Shown here piece by piece: positions 24,750 to 37,300 of a stretch of 64,000 bases of DNA (position 1 is the stretch's first letter; every line of letters starts with the position of its first letter). Made by a program: the position numbers and the translations under genes. This stretch comes from Eutreptiella sp. 'Long Island Sound 2002'. Its lineage: Eukaryota > Protista > Euglenida. Location: NCBI GenBank assembly GCA_964036045.1, contig OZ038378.1, forward strand, positions 175,646,001 to 175,710,000, in the 5' to 3' direction. Below the pieces are notes generated by a model that saw only the letters and a list, made by a program, of their open reading frames with translations, had not been told where the DNA came from and searched no databases.

Positions 24750-27420
24750 GAGCACCCGTGGGGGATGGGTGCCCCCCAAAGGGTGCGGGATCACAAGCTT
24801 CGTAAAGGAAGAATCCCGCCGTGGTGGTGCCTGCGGAGGATGATTGCCCGCCAAAGGGCGTGGATTGATGGGCCGGGGGGAAGACCTGTCCCACGGTGTC
24901 TCACTGCCGGTGGTCACACGCTGTGGGGCGCCTAAGGGGGATGGCTATCCCCTGAATGGCGCAAGACCACGGGCCGGCGAGGACAAATGTCCTGCCGTGC
25001 TAGTGGTGGCACCGTGTGGAGCTTCGGTGGTGGATGGTTGTCCCCCAAAACGCACGGGATCACGGACAAGCAAGAAGAAGTGTCACGCTTTGCCGATGGA
25101 CGCACCCTGTGGGACTCCTAGAGGGGATGGATGTCCCCCAAGTGACACGGTATCATGGGACAGCCGGAAGAAGTATCCCGTTGTGCCAGTGGTTGAACAT
25201 TATGGCATGCTTGCGGGGGTTGGCTATCCCCCAAAAGGAGAGGATCACTAGCTAGTGAGAGGATGGTCGCATCGTGCCGGCGGGTGCGCCCTTCGGGTCG
25301 ATGCGGGCTTTGGGCTTTGGGCTTGTCTTCCCGATCTGAAGAGGGCCTTAGGAGCCCACGGAGTGCCTCGCTTTGGGGAAGTTAGGCTCAGGCGCACCGC
25401 ACTCACCCTCGAACCATGCGGTGCGAGAGCGGGGTATACACCTCCTAGTGCGGACGTGCTTGTGCTGGCAAGGTGCATGGGGCATGGGGCACGGGACATG
25501 CTAGGTACAGAAAGCGGGTCGAGATGTTTTACTGGAAGCGTTCTTGAGTCGGTAGCGTGTGAACCACAGCCGCGTCCCACAGGAGCACGTGATGCCGGAT
25601 GGCCAGAGTGTTCATGGGTTCAGGTAGCATGAGGAGCAAGGGTTGTAAGGCGGATGCAATGGTGAGGACCATTAGGGGCCCCGGGTGAACCTGCACAAGG
25701 TGCGCAATGGACGGGTCTTGCAGATTGGGGTGGACCAGAAGTGTCACTGTGGGGGCCCGCCGCGCAGTGGGGGGGGGGGGGGGGCATTCGCATGGGCAGT
25801 CGACCCCCCGCCAGCATTCGCCAGTGCCGTAGGTGGCACGTGGTCCATCGGGCGAGGAACGCCACCGACAGTGGTAGGACATGGGCACGGAGCTCCGACA
25901 CATGTGGATTGAGGGTTGAGTTGGGCCGAGTGGGCCACTCCAGGGTATCCAGGACTATCAGTAGGTCCGTGAGTGAGGGGGAGCCGTCAGCCATCGCCTC
26001 CAGGACTACACGAACACGGTCGCTTGTGCCGTCCTGAGCTGCTGAGGAGGGGTGTGCGGACCTGACTAGGCCAGAGGGGGAAAAGACGGTCCACCTGTGG
26101 GGTGGTAGGGGGGATGGCGTGTGTAGGTCCGTTTCAAGCGCTACCGTGATGGAGGTGTCGCCGGCGGGTTGCACGACGGTCGTGCCGTCAGGCAGGTATG
26201 ACCCTGCCATCTTGGGCACTGTGGTGAGGAGGCGCACAAATGCCCACTGGCTGCGTACGAGAAACGTTGGGCAGGAGCGGGCCACGTGGGACCAGGGGTG
26301 GTTCACGTGTGCATCGCAGTAATCGCATGTGTAGTAATGCACGGAGGTGGGGGGGGGACGAAACAGTAGCGCCCGCAAGCGTAAGGCGAGCACTAGGGGT
26401 GCCCTGGGGAGGGAGGAGTTCAGGAGGAGGGTCGAGAACGCTGTGGCGTTCCAGGCAGCAGTATCCCACTCGGGTCGATGCGGGGGGGGGGGGTGTCGCC
26501 CAAAGGGCGCAGTATGAGAAGATTGAATGACAAAGTGTCCCGATGTGCCGGTGTTCTCACCTTTCGTGGGGTGCGAATTTGGGATTGCAGGGGATTGCGG
26601 TACCCCAAAGGGCCCGGAACAACGGCGACCCGCCATGCCGCTGGTGGCACCATGTGGGACACCTCCGGGTGATAGGTATTCGCCCAAAAAGGGCGGGATC
26701 ATGGGCTCGGGGGACGAAGTGTAACGCAGTGCTTGTGGTCACACAATTCATGGGGCACCTGCGTGGAATGGGTGTCACCCAAAAAGGCGCACGATCACGG
26801 GCTCGGGGGACTAAGTATCCCACCATGCCGGTGGTCCCACCATGTGGGGCACCGGCACGGGATGGGTGTGCCCGAAAAGGGGCGGAATGACAGGCTAAGG
26901 GGAAGAAGTGTCCAACAAGGGCCGGCCGAAACAAGTGTCCCGCCGTGCCGCAATATGGGGGGCCCATGGCAGATGAATGTGCCCTGAAAGGCGCAGTATC
27001 ACGGGCTCGGGGGAAGAAGTGGCCCACCGTATTGGTGGTCACACCTTTGTGGGGTACTTGAGGGGGATGGCTGTCCCACAATAGGTGCGGGTTCAGGAGC
27101 TTGGGGGACGAAGTGTCCCGCCATGCCGGTGGTCAGAGCCATCCTCCGCACTACGTCCGACACAGTGCGACCACGTCCACGGCGCCACACTTCTGCTGGC
27201 CGGGCCGTGAATCCGCGCCTTTCGTGGTACAGCCGTCCCGTGTGGGGGCCACCACGGCGGGAGTCTTCCTCCCCCAAGCCCGTGATCTCGCACCTCTTGC
27301 GTGATAGCACCACGGGGTGCGACCAGCGGCACGGGGGAACATTGCATCCTTCCAGCCGGTGATACCGCATCTTTTGGGGGATAGCCATCCATGGCAGGTG
27401 CCGCACACGCAAGATACTTT
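24750..27420. repeat. Degenerate ~92-bp tandem satellite, interrupted by a LINE fragment
   Basis: Recurring ggggatgg.tgtcccccaaaa..cacgggctcggggga.gaagtgtccc.ccatgccggtggtcacacc units at 24750-25290 and 26485-27420. Confidence 0.8.
25293..26484 (-). mobile_element. 5'-truncated non-LTR retrotransposon 3' end with 15-bp TSD
   Basis: tcgggtcgatgcggg at 25293-25307 and 26470-26484; CDYCDAHVNHPWSHVARSC is a C-terminal LINE-type CCHC finger; tail reads (cccaaag)2-3. Confidence 0.7.
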
Positions 27421-27830
27421 TGGATTATTTGGCTTGCACAAACAAGTGGAATGAGTCCATTTTGTGCCCATTGTGAGCAATTTTGGCCCCTCTCAAGGCT
27501 GAAAGGGCCTTGAAAATGGGCCACTTGGGACCACAAATGGCTCCAAAACGGGTCAAAACCATAGTTTTCCAAACATGATCCCAGTCCAATTGTGCTGCCC
27601 AAACGGATGAATATAGCTCATTTTGGGCCCCTTTTGAGCCGCTCTCATCCACTTTTGAGTGCGTACCTCATTTGTCGTTAAAGTCTCCTAGACAGTGTTC
27701 CTTCCCCCACCAGCTCGGTCCCAATATTCAATCCTGGTTATGGTTAGGGTTGGGGTGGGGTGAGGGCCTAGAGTAGGGGTAGGGTTGCGGTTAGCGTCAG
27801 GGTTAGTCCTAAGGGAGAGTCTTAAAGGAC
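27420..27830. repeat. Family A fragment ending in a degenerate TAGGG-like tract
   Basis: ccaccagctcggtcccaatattca followed by ggttagggttggggtggggtgagggcctagagtaggggtagggtt. Confidence 0.75.
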
Positions 27831-30777
27831 CTCCCTGTGCCCCACTTTGCACGTGCCCTGATTGTAGTAGGAGTTCATGCCACGTCATCAACCCCTGTCA
27901 AAATGATCTACGGAATCATTACTGTGAGGGCAGGGCAGGGACATGCGTACTGCAATGGGATGCTGGTGCATGAAATCGCTGGGTAAAATTGGATCCTGCA
28001 CAATGAGTGTGTGGCATGTGCAATGTTCCCTCAGAATGGCCCCCGTACCAAAGCACACAAACCACAAGAAATCAAGAAATAGCACCTGTGATCCAAAAGG
28101 GAGGTACACCTACTGTAACCATGAACTCAATACTAATATTGGACAGCGGTATGATCTGGAGTTCCCATGTCCGCGAAAGAGAAATGAATACCATGACATC
28201 TTTCAAGACCATATTACAAGGAGGTGAGGTGCTTAATAAGATCGTCCTGTTCACTTGATGGCCAGCAACGAATTATGGACCCTCCATGGTAGCGTCAAGC
28301 TGAAACTTTGTGTTTTGTCCCCAAACCACAACCCGATGAAACCGTCCGTGACCGTCAACACCTGCAACCTTCATCCACCTCCGACACATAACAATCTTCT
28401 GCAACTCCCCGCGGCCCTCCACAACTCTTCTGCTCCCACCCTCTGCAACCCCGCAGTGTACCATTGAGAGTCCATGCAACTACTCAGACATGCTCAACAG
28501 AGGGACAGCACCAGCAACCAGAATCGCCGTGCACATGCTTTGGTGGGTATCCCTGTCAAGTGGCACAGTTTATATGTGAATGTGACGTGTGAATGTCAGG
28601 CATCACAGAATGTTGAATGCAGCAGTGCACAAGTGCTGGCATACCATATGTGTGTGTGTGGACGTGCGGTTATTGCGTGTGAATAGGGCAGTGGATCGTT
28701 GGAACAGGCGAGGGGAGGGGCGGACGCGGGCAAGGGTCTGGCTGGACCGGCCCTCCTTCTGTGCGCTTGGGCCTGAAGGGCAGCCGCAAGCGTGTCCCGA
28801 AAAAACTGCTGATGAATTGCAAATTGCCAAACTCAGAAGAGGCATTGGGAAGAGGCGGGGTGGTCCAGGGGAACGGTGACTCCCGCCTCCTGCGGCCCAC
28901 AGCCGTTCGGAAGATTGATTTGCCGTTGCATGAGGGACCGGAGCTGTACTCAACAAGTGCCTGCTTTTACGGTCTGACGCCCACGGATGTGAATGGTGTA
29001 AAATGGCCTTTTCAAAGGGCGGTATTCCGCATGGACGCACCCACCCCTCTGCCTCATCCAAGCGACAGCAAGAGGCATCACGCATTGAGGACCACGACCC
29101 GGCGCTGCGCGTGCGACACCACTGCTTCTGCACCGCCTGAGATGCACAAGAGCATCACGTTCCTCGCCACCCAATCATCAGCACGGGACGCATGGGCCTA
29201 ACCTTTGACCGAACCAAAACATGCACCAAAGTGGGTGTGGGTGTTGACATATGCGAATGGCTCGCTTATCGTTAGGGGCAGGGATATGGCAGCTGCAGGG
29301 TTAGAGAGGGACCTGAGCCAGTACCCTCTGGGCTTTTCCGGCTTTTCCGGAGAACACGGCGCGGCAGAGGGACGAATCATATGAAGAAGGGCAGGAGGCT
29401 CTTTGGCTTAGAGGTCGCACGGTTGTGCTACCCTCACATGCCCTCTTGGTCCAGCACCCGTTGCCCTCGGAGCGAGCTCCTCGGTTCGCCTTGACCTGTA
29501 TGTGGACTGGCGGACCACCCCACCCTACTGCCAGTCGCTAACCCACTGGTACAGGTGCACCTCAGGACTCCTTGGGGACTCCGTGGGCAGCGGTAAATTG
29601 TACCACAGCCCACTGCAGGGGCATAAGTTGAAGAGTTATGCCAATGAATGCTTTGTGCTTGCATTCAGAGGAGGGGCCTCTGCACACATGCGTGCAGAGG
29701 TTGTGAAAATGGCCAGAAGAATGCCTTCCATTGCTCTCCGAACTTTCAGGTCCGGACGTGGGCAAAGAACCCGCGGTGATGGTCAGCTCTGTCAGCACAA
29801 TGCCGGGCACAGCAACACCTGGTACCCCCCTACCCCTCTTCGCAGCACGCAACTCAAGGCGTTTCTCCCAGACAATGAAGCACAATCCGGGGTAGGAATG
29901 GACCACGCCATCTGCCCTGGCACGTCTGCCCCTTGGCCCTCAACCACCCATTTCGCCCCCGCCCGAGGCCACATCCATTTTCGGGGTGAATCCGCTCTTC
30001 GCAAACAGAACGCGGGCGCGGTGCCCAGCACAACCCGCGCAGGTGTGTATGGCTTTCAATCCGGTCCCCCGAACCCACGCCGTCATGGTGGCAGCGACCT
30101 GTTGGGCGCAACTTGTGGATTTTGATGGAGGAGGCACTGTGTTGCATACCACACCTGAGTTGCCCCTTTGGCAGTCGGTGATGTGGTGGCTGCTTTGCGT
30201 TCAGTGCTGCAAGATTCCACACCAGTGTTACCCCCGCTGGTGCTTTATAGTACTCCAGGCGACTGAATCGTGGCCCCTCATCGGCCTCTCTACGTAGAAC
30301 CACTAGAAATCGACGGGTCCGGGGGCAGGGGGGATGGCCCTCTGCTACGCTTCAGCAGACAGCGCGGTACTGAACGGCAATTTACCGACGGTAGTAACGG
30401 CGGTTGGCTACGAGCGCCAGCAGTGCGCCGCCCATCCTCCAACCACCAACTGCCAAACGGCGCCTTTTGTTCTTGGTGCCACGCGCCCACCCTGTCATCC
30501 GCAAACAAACGCCACGGATTTCGTTCCCACGCAGCAGGTGATGCTGGCCTTACCCCGCACCCGTACCCGACCCGGGTGGTCACTCTACGCTCGACCCGAG
30601 TGGTCGCCCAAATCTCAGCGCGACCAAACCCTCTTTGTTTTCGATTGAAACTTCGTTCAAACCAGGAATAAACCCATTTCACGATCCTTTGGAATTCTGC
30701 AGGAGTACGCAGGGCTGCCTCCGGCGTAGCACCGGCACCCGGAGTCAGCAGCACATGACTTGCAATTGTAAGGAACA

Positions 30778-31398
30778 CTAATACGGACGGTATCGCATGG
30801 CGCCAGCCCCATAAGATGCATCCTGTGCGCCGTAGGACGCATCCTGCTGGTAACCCTGCTGCTGTTGATACAGATCAGCCACCTGGGCCTGCTGCATCGC
30901 CGCCATTCCCCCCATGCCCATGCCTCCCACGCCCATTCCCGGCATCCCCATGCCGCCCATCCCCATCGCCCCGGCCGCCATTCCCCCCATCCCTCCCATC
31001 CCCATCCCCCCTGCGCCCATGCCCATGCCCCCCATGCCCATGCCCCCCATGCCCATGCCACCCATCCCCATGCCGCCCATCCCCATGCCGCCCATCCCCA
31101 TGCCCCCCATCCCCATGCCCATACCCCCCATGCCCATCGGCCCCATTCCCATGCCCCCCATCCCCATGCCGCCCATCGCCTTGTTGCCCATGGACTCCTT
31201 CGGATGACAGGTCTTCACCTCCACCAGCTTCCCATCGATCATATGCTGAGGGTTGGCGAGTATGGCAGCCGCCTCATCTTCCGTCGAGAACAGCACAAAT
31301 GCAAAGCCTCGCGAAACCCCGTCACGGCGCATGACCTCGCAGCCGTTGATGGTGCCGTACTTGCCGAAGTGGTTGATGAGGGTTTCCTCATTGGTGTC
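30778..31398 (-). CDS. Triple-RRM hnRNP A/Musashi/DAZAP1-like protein, exon 3 (most of RRM3, GM-rich tail, RYRPY end)
   Basis: ttttag|GAC acceptor; RNP1 RGFAFVLF; TAG at 30780-30778. Confidence 0.93.
   Translation of the reverse strand, partial: DTNEETLINHFGKYGTINGCEVMRRDGVSRGFAFVLFSTEDEAAAILANPQHMIDGKLVEVKTCHPKESMGNKAMGGMGMGGMGMGPMGMGGMGMGMGGMGMGGMGMGGMGMGGMGMGGMGMGGMGMGAGGMGMGGMGGMAAGAMGMGGMGMPGMGVGGMGMGGMAAMQQAQVADLYQQQQGYQQDASYGAQDASYGAGAMRYRPY
30914..31207 (-). repeat. Coding 15-bp repeat encoding (GGMGM)n
   Basis: Tandem ggcatggggggcatg-type units within exon 3. Confidence 0.9.
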
Positions 31399-32880
31399 CT
31401 AAAAGTGCGTGCGGCGAGACCACCTTGGCAGATAGCACGGACGACAGAGCCACGAGACCGCACGTTCCGCGTACCTGCAGGCACTCGCATATGCATGTGC
31501 GGGAGGGAGCAGTGCCTGCGCTGCGGGTACCTGCCCTTGCATCTGTGCCAGCAGTTCCATCAGGCGGAAAACAGCACTTTGCCCCTGCCTAACAGGCCCT
31601 GAATCTGAATCGATTCCGTGGTTTCTGTGTGCACCTTCATGACCCGGGGCCCTCCCTATCGATGTCCCAATGCCTTGTTCTGATCCCACCTCAAAGCCCA
31701 CGCCTCCCACGCATACCACACACCACGCCGCACCACGGGAGTCCGGTCTGGAGGTTTACACCCTACCCCTGTCCCCCGCCCCCGTTGCTGACAGGCCTAA
31801 CCGCTGCTGAACGGGGCAGAGGTGGGCTCTCAAGGCGAGGACCAGCAGTGGGGCATGGCATCACTCAACAACTCAACAACAATGATGGGGGCTGCCAAAG
31901 TCTTGTGGCCCTAGCCCCGAAACACACACACACACACACACACACTAGATGGAGAGCAACAAGCAGCAGCAATGCACAAAGGGGAAATGTTTGCCCGGCG
32001 CGCGCCCAGCGCGCTACCTTTCTATTCACTATCCCGACTTCAGCCCGAGATTTACCCTCTGATGGAGAAGGCCCCCCAAATAGAGCATGATGGACTGTGC
32101 ACCTTCCCTACAAAGCACGTTGCATAATTATTAGACAATAGCTGTGAATTCAACAACTCCAAATGTCATTTGCGTTGTACTTAACAAACGGTACTTTGCC
32201 TTTACCTTTCCCATAGATTTCGCTATGGTAATGAGTCCCCAAGCCGCAAGCGGTTTGGACGGCGCTTCTGCCTCACGTCACAAGAACGAAGCGCAAACTC
32301 AGTATTCGCTACATCACCCTTGCCTTCTCGGGCTCCCCATGGTGGAGAGAAATCAATAGGGCTACATTACCCCTGCTTTCTTGGGGTCCCCATGGTGGAG
32401 AAAAATCAACCTAGTAAGGAGTGGATGTGGTGGAAACGAGCAAAAAATGGAAGAAAATTGGTAAAACTGGGTGAGAATCCAAATATACCATATCCCGAAT
32501 GTGAAAGAAGCATCAAAATACCCGTTGTCAAACAACAATAATGCCCATAGTATCACAAAGTATGGGGTTCTAGGACGGCTAGACGTCCAAATAGTTGCAC
32601 TGCGCGCGCACTGCGCTTAGTGCACCCCCTAAAAGGTCACCGGTGGGGCACAGGTGAAAAAAAGATGCCCGGCACGCACCCGGCGCGCTAACGCTCCCCC
32701 AAAGAGTGCAGGTCTTCGTTGAACAGTGAATTCGTCAAGCCGATCAGATCGCCAAAGAAGAAGGTGTCGGCGTGTGACGCTGTGACCATGACCACGTGAC
32801 GCGCGCGCGCGCACACACACATAACCCTCCTGACACCATCCCCCCTGGGCAAGCAGGAGCACACACGCACGTCTACTCAC

Positions 32881-33372
32881 CTTCGCGAGGCCCCCAACGA
32901 AAACCTTCGCGTCCTTCGCATGGGGCTGCTCGGTGCTGCGGTACGCAAGCCGTTGCGGGTTGGCATTGGGCGGGGCCTGCCCCCCTGCCATGCGGCCCTG
33001 CGAGCGCATGGGACCCGGCGCCTGATGCATGCCCATGCCCGGATAGAACCCCTGCCCCATCATCGAGGAATTCAGGTGAGGTGACCCGCGGGGCTCTGCC
33101 TTTTTCACGTCGACAATCTTGTTGTCCAACATGTGCGGCGAGTACTGGCACGCGGCGTTGGCCATTTCCGCGGTTTCGAAACTCACGAACCCGAACCCCC
33201 GGGGGACGCCATTTGTCTCCATGACCACCGAGTCCGTGATCGTGCCAAACTGCCCAAAATGGGCCTCCAGCATCTCCTTCGTGGTGTTGTTGCTAAGGCC
33301 CCCAAGGAACAGCTTCGTGGAACCTGCGCTGGTGCGATACTCTGCCGATGGCACAGCAGACTTGATCTCGAC
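32881..33372 (-). CDS. Triple-RRM protein, exon 2 (end of RRM1, RRM2, linker, RNP2 of RRM3)
   Basis: ttgccag|GTC acceptor and AAG|gtgagt donor, both phase 0; KLFLGGL, RGFGFVSF and KVFVGGL motifs. Confidence 0.93.
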
Positions 33373-34419
33373 CTGGCAAGCGTGAGGGACGGAGAGAAGC
33401 TGTCGTTCACTTGTGGTGTGAGTACGAGGGAGGGCAGAGCTCTCACTTTTGATGTGATTGAGGGGAAATCCACATCCTTGCAAGAGGATGGCGACCATGG
33501 TCAGTCTTATGGCCCAGCATTGGATGATGATCAGAATTGAGTAAGTGTCGTGGGGTCAGGGGATTTCCAGAAAGGCTGGGGTCCCGGGAGCACCACCAGT
33601 GGCCAGGTGTGACCTGCTTGTCATTTATGCTTTGTGAGGCAGCAGGTCACATGCATGTGTGTGCGCACACTCTGCCAGACCCTTGAAATGTCTGTCCAAT
33701 GTGCTGAGACACAGCCACGGCGATCTCTTGCCACGCATCTTTTTGTTTCATGGGACTGAGAGGTACTAACTTAGCCAAGACGGATGGGGCAGGGGCTTGT
33801 CAGCACCAGGACGCCGCCCAACTGGAAATAACAGACATTGTTTGGCCCATGACATTTGTTACGCCTTTGGGGCCGTTGCAATGTGTGCCAAATTGGGTGA
33901 CCAGACATCTGAATCAAATGAAGAAAAAGTTGGGATACACATGGGTTACGCACTTCTGGAGCTTGGGATACAGTTGGATACAGTAATTGCAATCTTTGGG
34001 ATGCACTCTATCTCCACCACTGGACTGCTCAAAACAGTCCATGCGTAAAAGTGAAGACAAAACCCTTCCCATGCTACATGTGTGCCAATTTTGTAGTGAC
34101 TTCGTGTTGCTGAAGCATTCATTGGTAAAGGTACTTCATCCTGAGACTGTGTCCTGTATGGTCTGGTCCCCAGTGGAAATGTGTGGGGTCCAATACCTCC
34201 GCCTTCTACCGCCGCCATCACACCATTGGGCACCACAATATTTTCACCGTACACAAACGGGTCCCTGGTCCTTGAGTACGGGTGTCCGTTGTTTTGTTCC
34301 GGCCCCGTGGGTGGAGAACAGTTTGCCGAGTGGTCTTCGCAAACGGCCCAACGGTCGCACTACACACAAGACGCCGCCCCCTCAAAAAGAATGCCGGTTC
34401 GGAGTTTTCAAAAACAAAT

Positions 34420-34760
34420 TGGCTTAGCAGCGAGGCCGGCAGGTGCCAAGACAAGTTGTCCGGCATCCGGGCTGGCAAATGCCTATGCAAACTGGCCGTT
34501 GTCTGGGCTGGCAAATGCCCATACAAATTGACAGACATCCGGGACAGCAGTTGCCCATGCAAATGGCCAACATCCAGGTCGGCAGGTACCCATCCAAATG
34601 GACCTGCGTCCAACTGGTGAGTGCCCATACACATTTAGCCAGGGTCTGGGCAGGCAAAAAAATGGGTGTGCGCATGCTGGGTGGTGCCAAGACAGATTGA
34701 CCAACGTCCCCACTAGAAGTTGGTGGGTGTCCATGCAGCAGCAGGTGCCCATACAAATTG
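34420..34760. repeat. ~35-bp tandem array in RRM intron 1, with an inverted copy at 35160-35280
   Basis: catcc.gg..ggca..tgcccata/gcaaat.g units; the reverse complement atttgtatgggcaactgccggcctggac begins near 35165. Confidence 0.75.
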
Positions 34761-35337
34761 GGTTGTTGAACAGCTGCCAAGGGGCGATGGCGCTCGTGGG
34801 AGGATGGTGTCGGTGCCGAGGTGCGGGTGTGAAAATGGCAGAAATGGCAAGCGCGAAATGTGTAGCTGTGTCCCTCATCAGCATGTTTCCCGCTGCACTT
34901 TGCATGCAGCTCAATGCCCCAATACTTCCGCACGTGTAACATGTATGCCTTCTATCACCTGAGCCTGTGAGCCTCAGAATCGATCTCCAAGGACTGCCTG
35001 CCAGTTGCATACCTGTACCTGCAACAAGAAGCCACGGTCCACATGTGCCTAGATACCGAAGGAAGGCAGGGCACTTTTGCCAATCACGTTGAAGGCAGCG
35101 TTGGCAAGCAAGCTTACAAATTTGCCACAAGTACTGCCGGGTGCCCCAAGGTACCACTACGCTGATTTGTATGGGCAACTGCCGGCCTGGACACCATCCA
35201 TTTGTATAGCTATTGGTATGGACGCCTGCTAGCTCAAACTATTTGTATAAGGCACCTGCCAGCCCAGGCACCGCCCGTAAACGAGCATTGCACATTCCCT
35301 CCACAGCCCCTCCACAGCCCTGCTGCTGGGCATTGAC

Positions 35338-35550
35338 CTGTTTGCCATCGATGGTGTGTGTGGAGCCGGTCAAAGATGGCGGAATGGCGTCAGGGTTTTT
35401 GAAGGTGACGAATCCAAACCCACGGGGGCGGCCATCCCGCATCATGACGACGCTGTCCTCAATCTCGCCATACTGCGAAAAGTAGGCCCGAAGGGTCTCG
35501 GCCGTAGTCTGTCCTGCAACTCCTCCGACGAAATATTTGCCCGGAGTCAT
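35338..35550 (-). CDS. Triple-RRM protein, exon 1 (RRM1)
   Basis: ATG at 35550; KYFVGGV and RGFGFVTF. CAG|gt donor joins to give IDGKQ-VEIKSAVP. The spliced CDS is 1326 nt (441 aa). Confidence 0.92.
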
Positions 35551-36479
35551 TGACGTTGGATTGCGGACAAAAGCAAAAGCCTCTTAGAAAGCAATTCGTG
35601 GGTCCAGGTCAGATTCAACGTCAAACAAAAAGGGCAGGAAGAGATGTGCACGCATGCCATGACCACGGCCGTCTGGGATTTCAAAACGTGATAACATTGC
35701 TGCAATCTGTTATACCAAGGCCTGTGCTTGAAGAAGAGCGGTTGTGGTGGTTGTGGCAGGCGTGGTTGAAGCCAGTTGTAGGCAATTAGACTTGACCCTT
35801 TGTGGCCTTTCGGGACTGAGGGTCCATTCCGGCCCAATCGCTTTCCAACCACTTTGTAATCGTCGGCTTTTGTCCCTAACCGATTCCCTGATCGCTGGTC
35901 ACCGCTTTCCCCACTGTGCTTGAGTTCTCTTAGTCTCACGGCCTTCGTTGCCCAATGTCCATTGTGACATCACCTGCGATCCTGCGTTCCATGAGCAATT
36001 CCTGCAGTTGAACTGGCTGGGGTTCAAATCAATTTACCTGCCTCTTCCCCTGGCCTGTGCCTTGTCTGCTGTTGCTTGCTGGGCCTGCGTGTTGCAAACA
36101 TTTGTGATGGTTGACCGCCATTTCTGCCATCATGATCGGCTTTAGCGAGCCATACCTCCACTGGTTAGGGGCGGCAATACTGGTCTGGGGTCATCAGAGG
36201 GTCAGCACTTGCATAAGCTGGCCTCAATTGGCCATGTTGACGTCTGAATGCATGTTGGTCCTTGGGCCTATAGGCCTAGTGGGTGCAGGCGTGTGGGGGG
36301 GGGGGGGGGCAATGTTCCATACAACATACAAGTCCATGGGCCGGTCCCAGTAGGGGCTTAGTCAAAGAGACCCCGTTCCAGAGTGGCGATCACGAACCCT
36401 CGGTGCTACAAGTTGACACAGTGTCTCTGGCTGATGAGCCAGGAGAGCGAAACACAATATGCATTGCAGTGGGGAATCG

Positions 36480-37300
36480 TGTGTTAGCTGGCGTGATTGC
36501 ACTTGTGAGCGCCATCTGGAGGCGGGGCGGGGGTGCATTCTTCAATATCCACGAGGGGAGTGGCGCCATGTGCCATTTGCGGAGTACGTCGACTGTTTCC
36601 GATGCATTGTCGTTTGGGGAGTTGGTTACAGTTCTTAGCGTCGGGCAGGGGAGTGGCGATTTTTTCTTGGTTTGGCAGTGCGTGTGAAGCTAGAGCTGCT
36701 GGGCCGAGGTGCAAGTAACACAGCCGGTGCCAAAATGTCTTGTAGGGACTAGCATGCAGTTGAGCTTGGACCAATTCCGCATAGGCCATCATCTTGGACT
36801 ACAACAACAAGGACGTTCCTAAGACCCCAAGTTGTTCCGCCAAACACGAGTGGGGGCAGTGGAGGGTTTGGCACCGCACACTATTGTAGCAGGTGCTAGC
36901 TGCTGACATCATAGAACCCCTCCACACATTATCTTGCCGCAAAGTAGCTTGTAGCACCCGCTCCCCTGGAAAAGTGAATTCTGCACATACATTTACAAGA
37001 AGAGCAACTTGCACCACCTCAATTGCATGACATGCAAGAGTGCTATGCCAAACCTACGAGTATGAACCACTTCAAACTTGGCTTTGAGGGAAGTAGCTTG
37101 TACAAGCTACTTTGCAGCGAGTCAAGGTGTGGAGGTGTTCTTTCCAGTTAGCACCTAGCACCCTATGCAGGAGTGTACCAAGTGTAAACACCACGAGTGC
37201 CCCATCTTGTACCTGGTGGAGGCCCAATGCCTCCATTTTGTTGGGCTTGTTGTGTGTTTGTTGGTGAGGGTAGCCGGTCCCGGCTGCTATCATGCAGATT
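36480..37300 (-). pseudogene. Heavily decayed LINE-like RT relic
   Basis: MAYAELV (YADD-like) followed by YLHLG, with an upstream RVLQ..RG..S B'-like stretch; many stops. Confidence 0.35.

Noticed and set aside
30816-31602. Pro/His-rich plus-strand ORFs
   Set aside because: Antisense translations of the (GGMGM)n coding repeat.
34420-34760. CRISPR-like array (~35-bp periodicity)
   Set aside because: Units are contiguous and degenerate with no unique spacers; the context is a eukaryotic intron with no cas genes.
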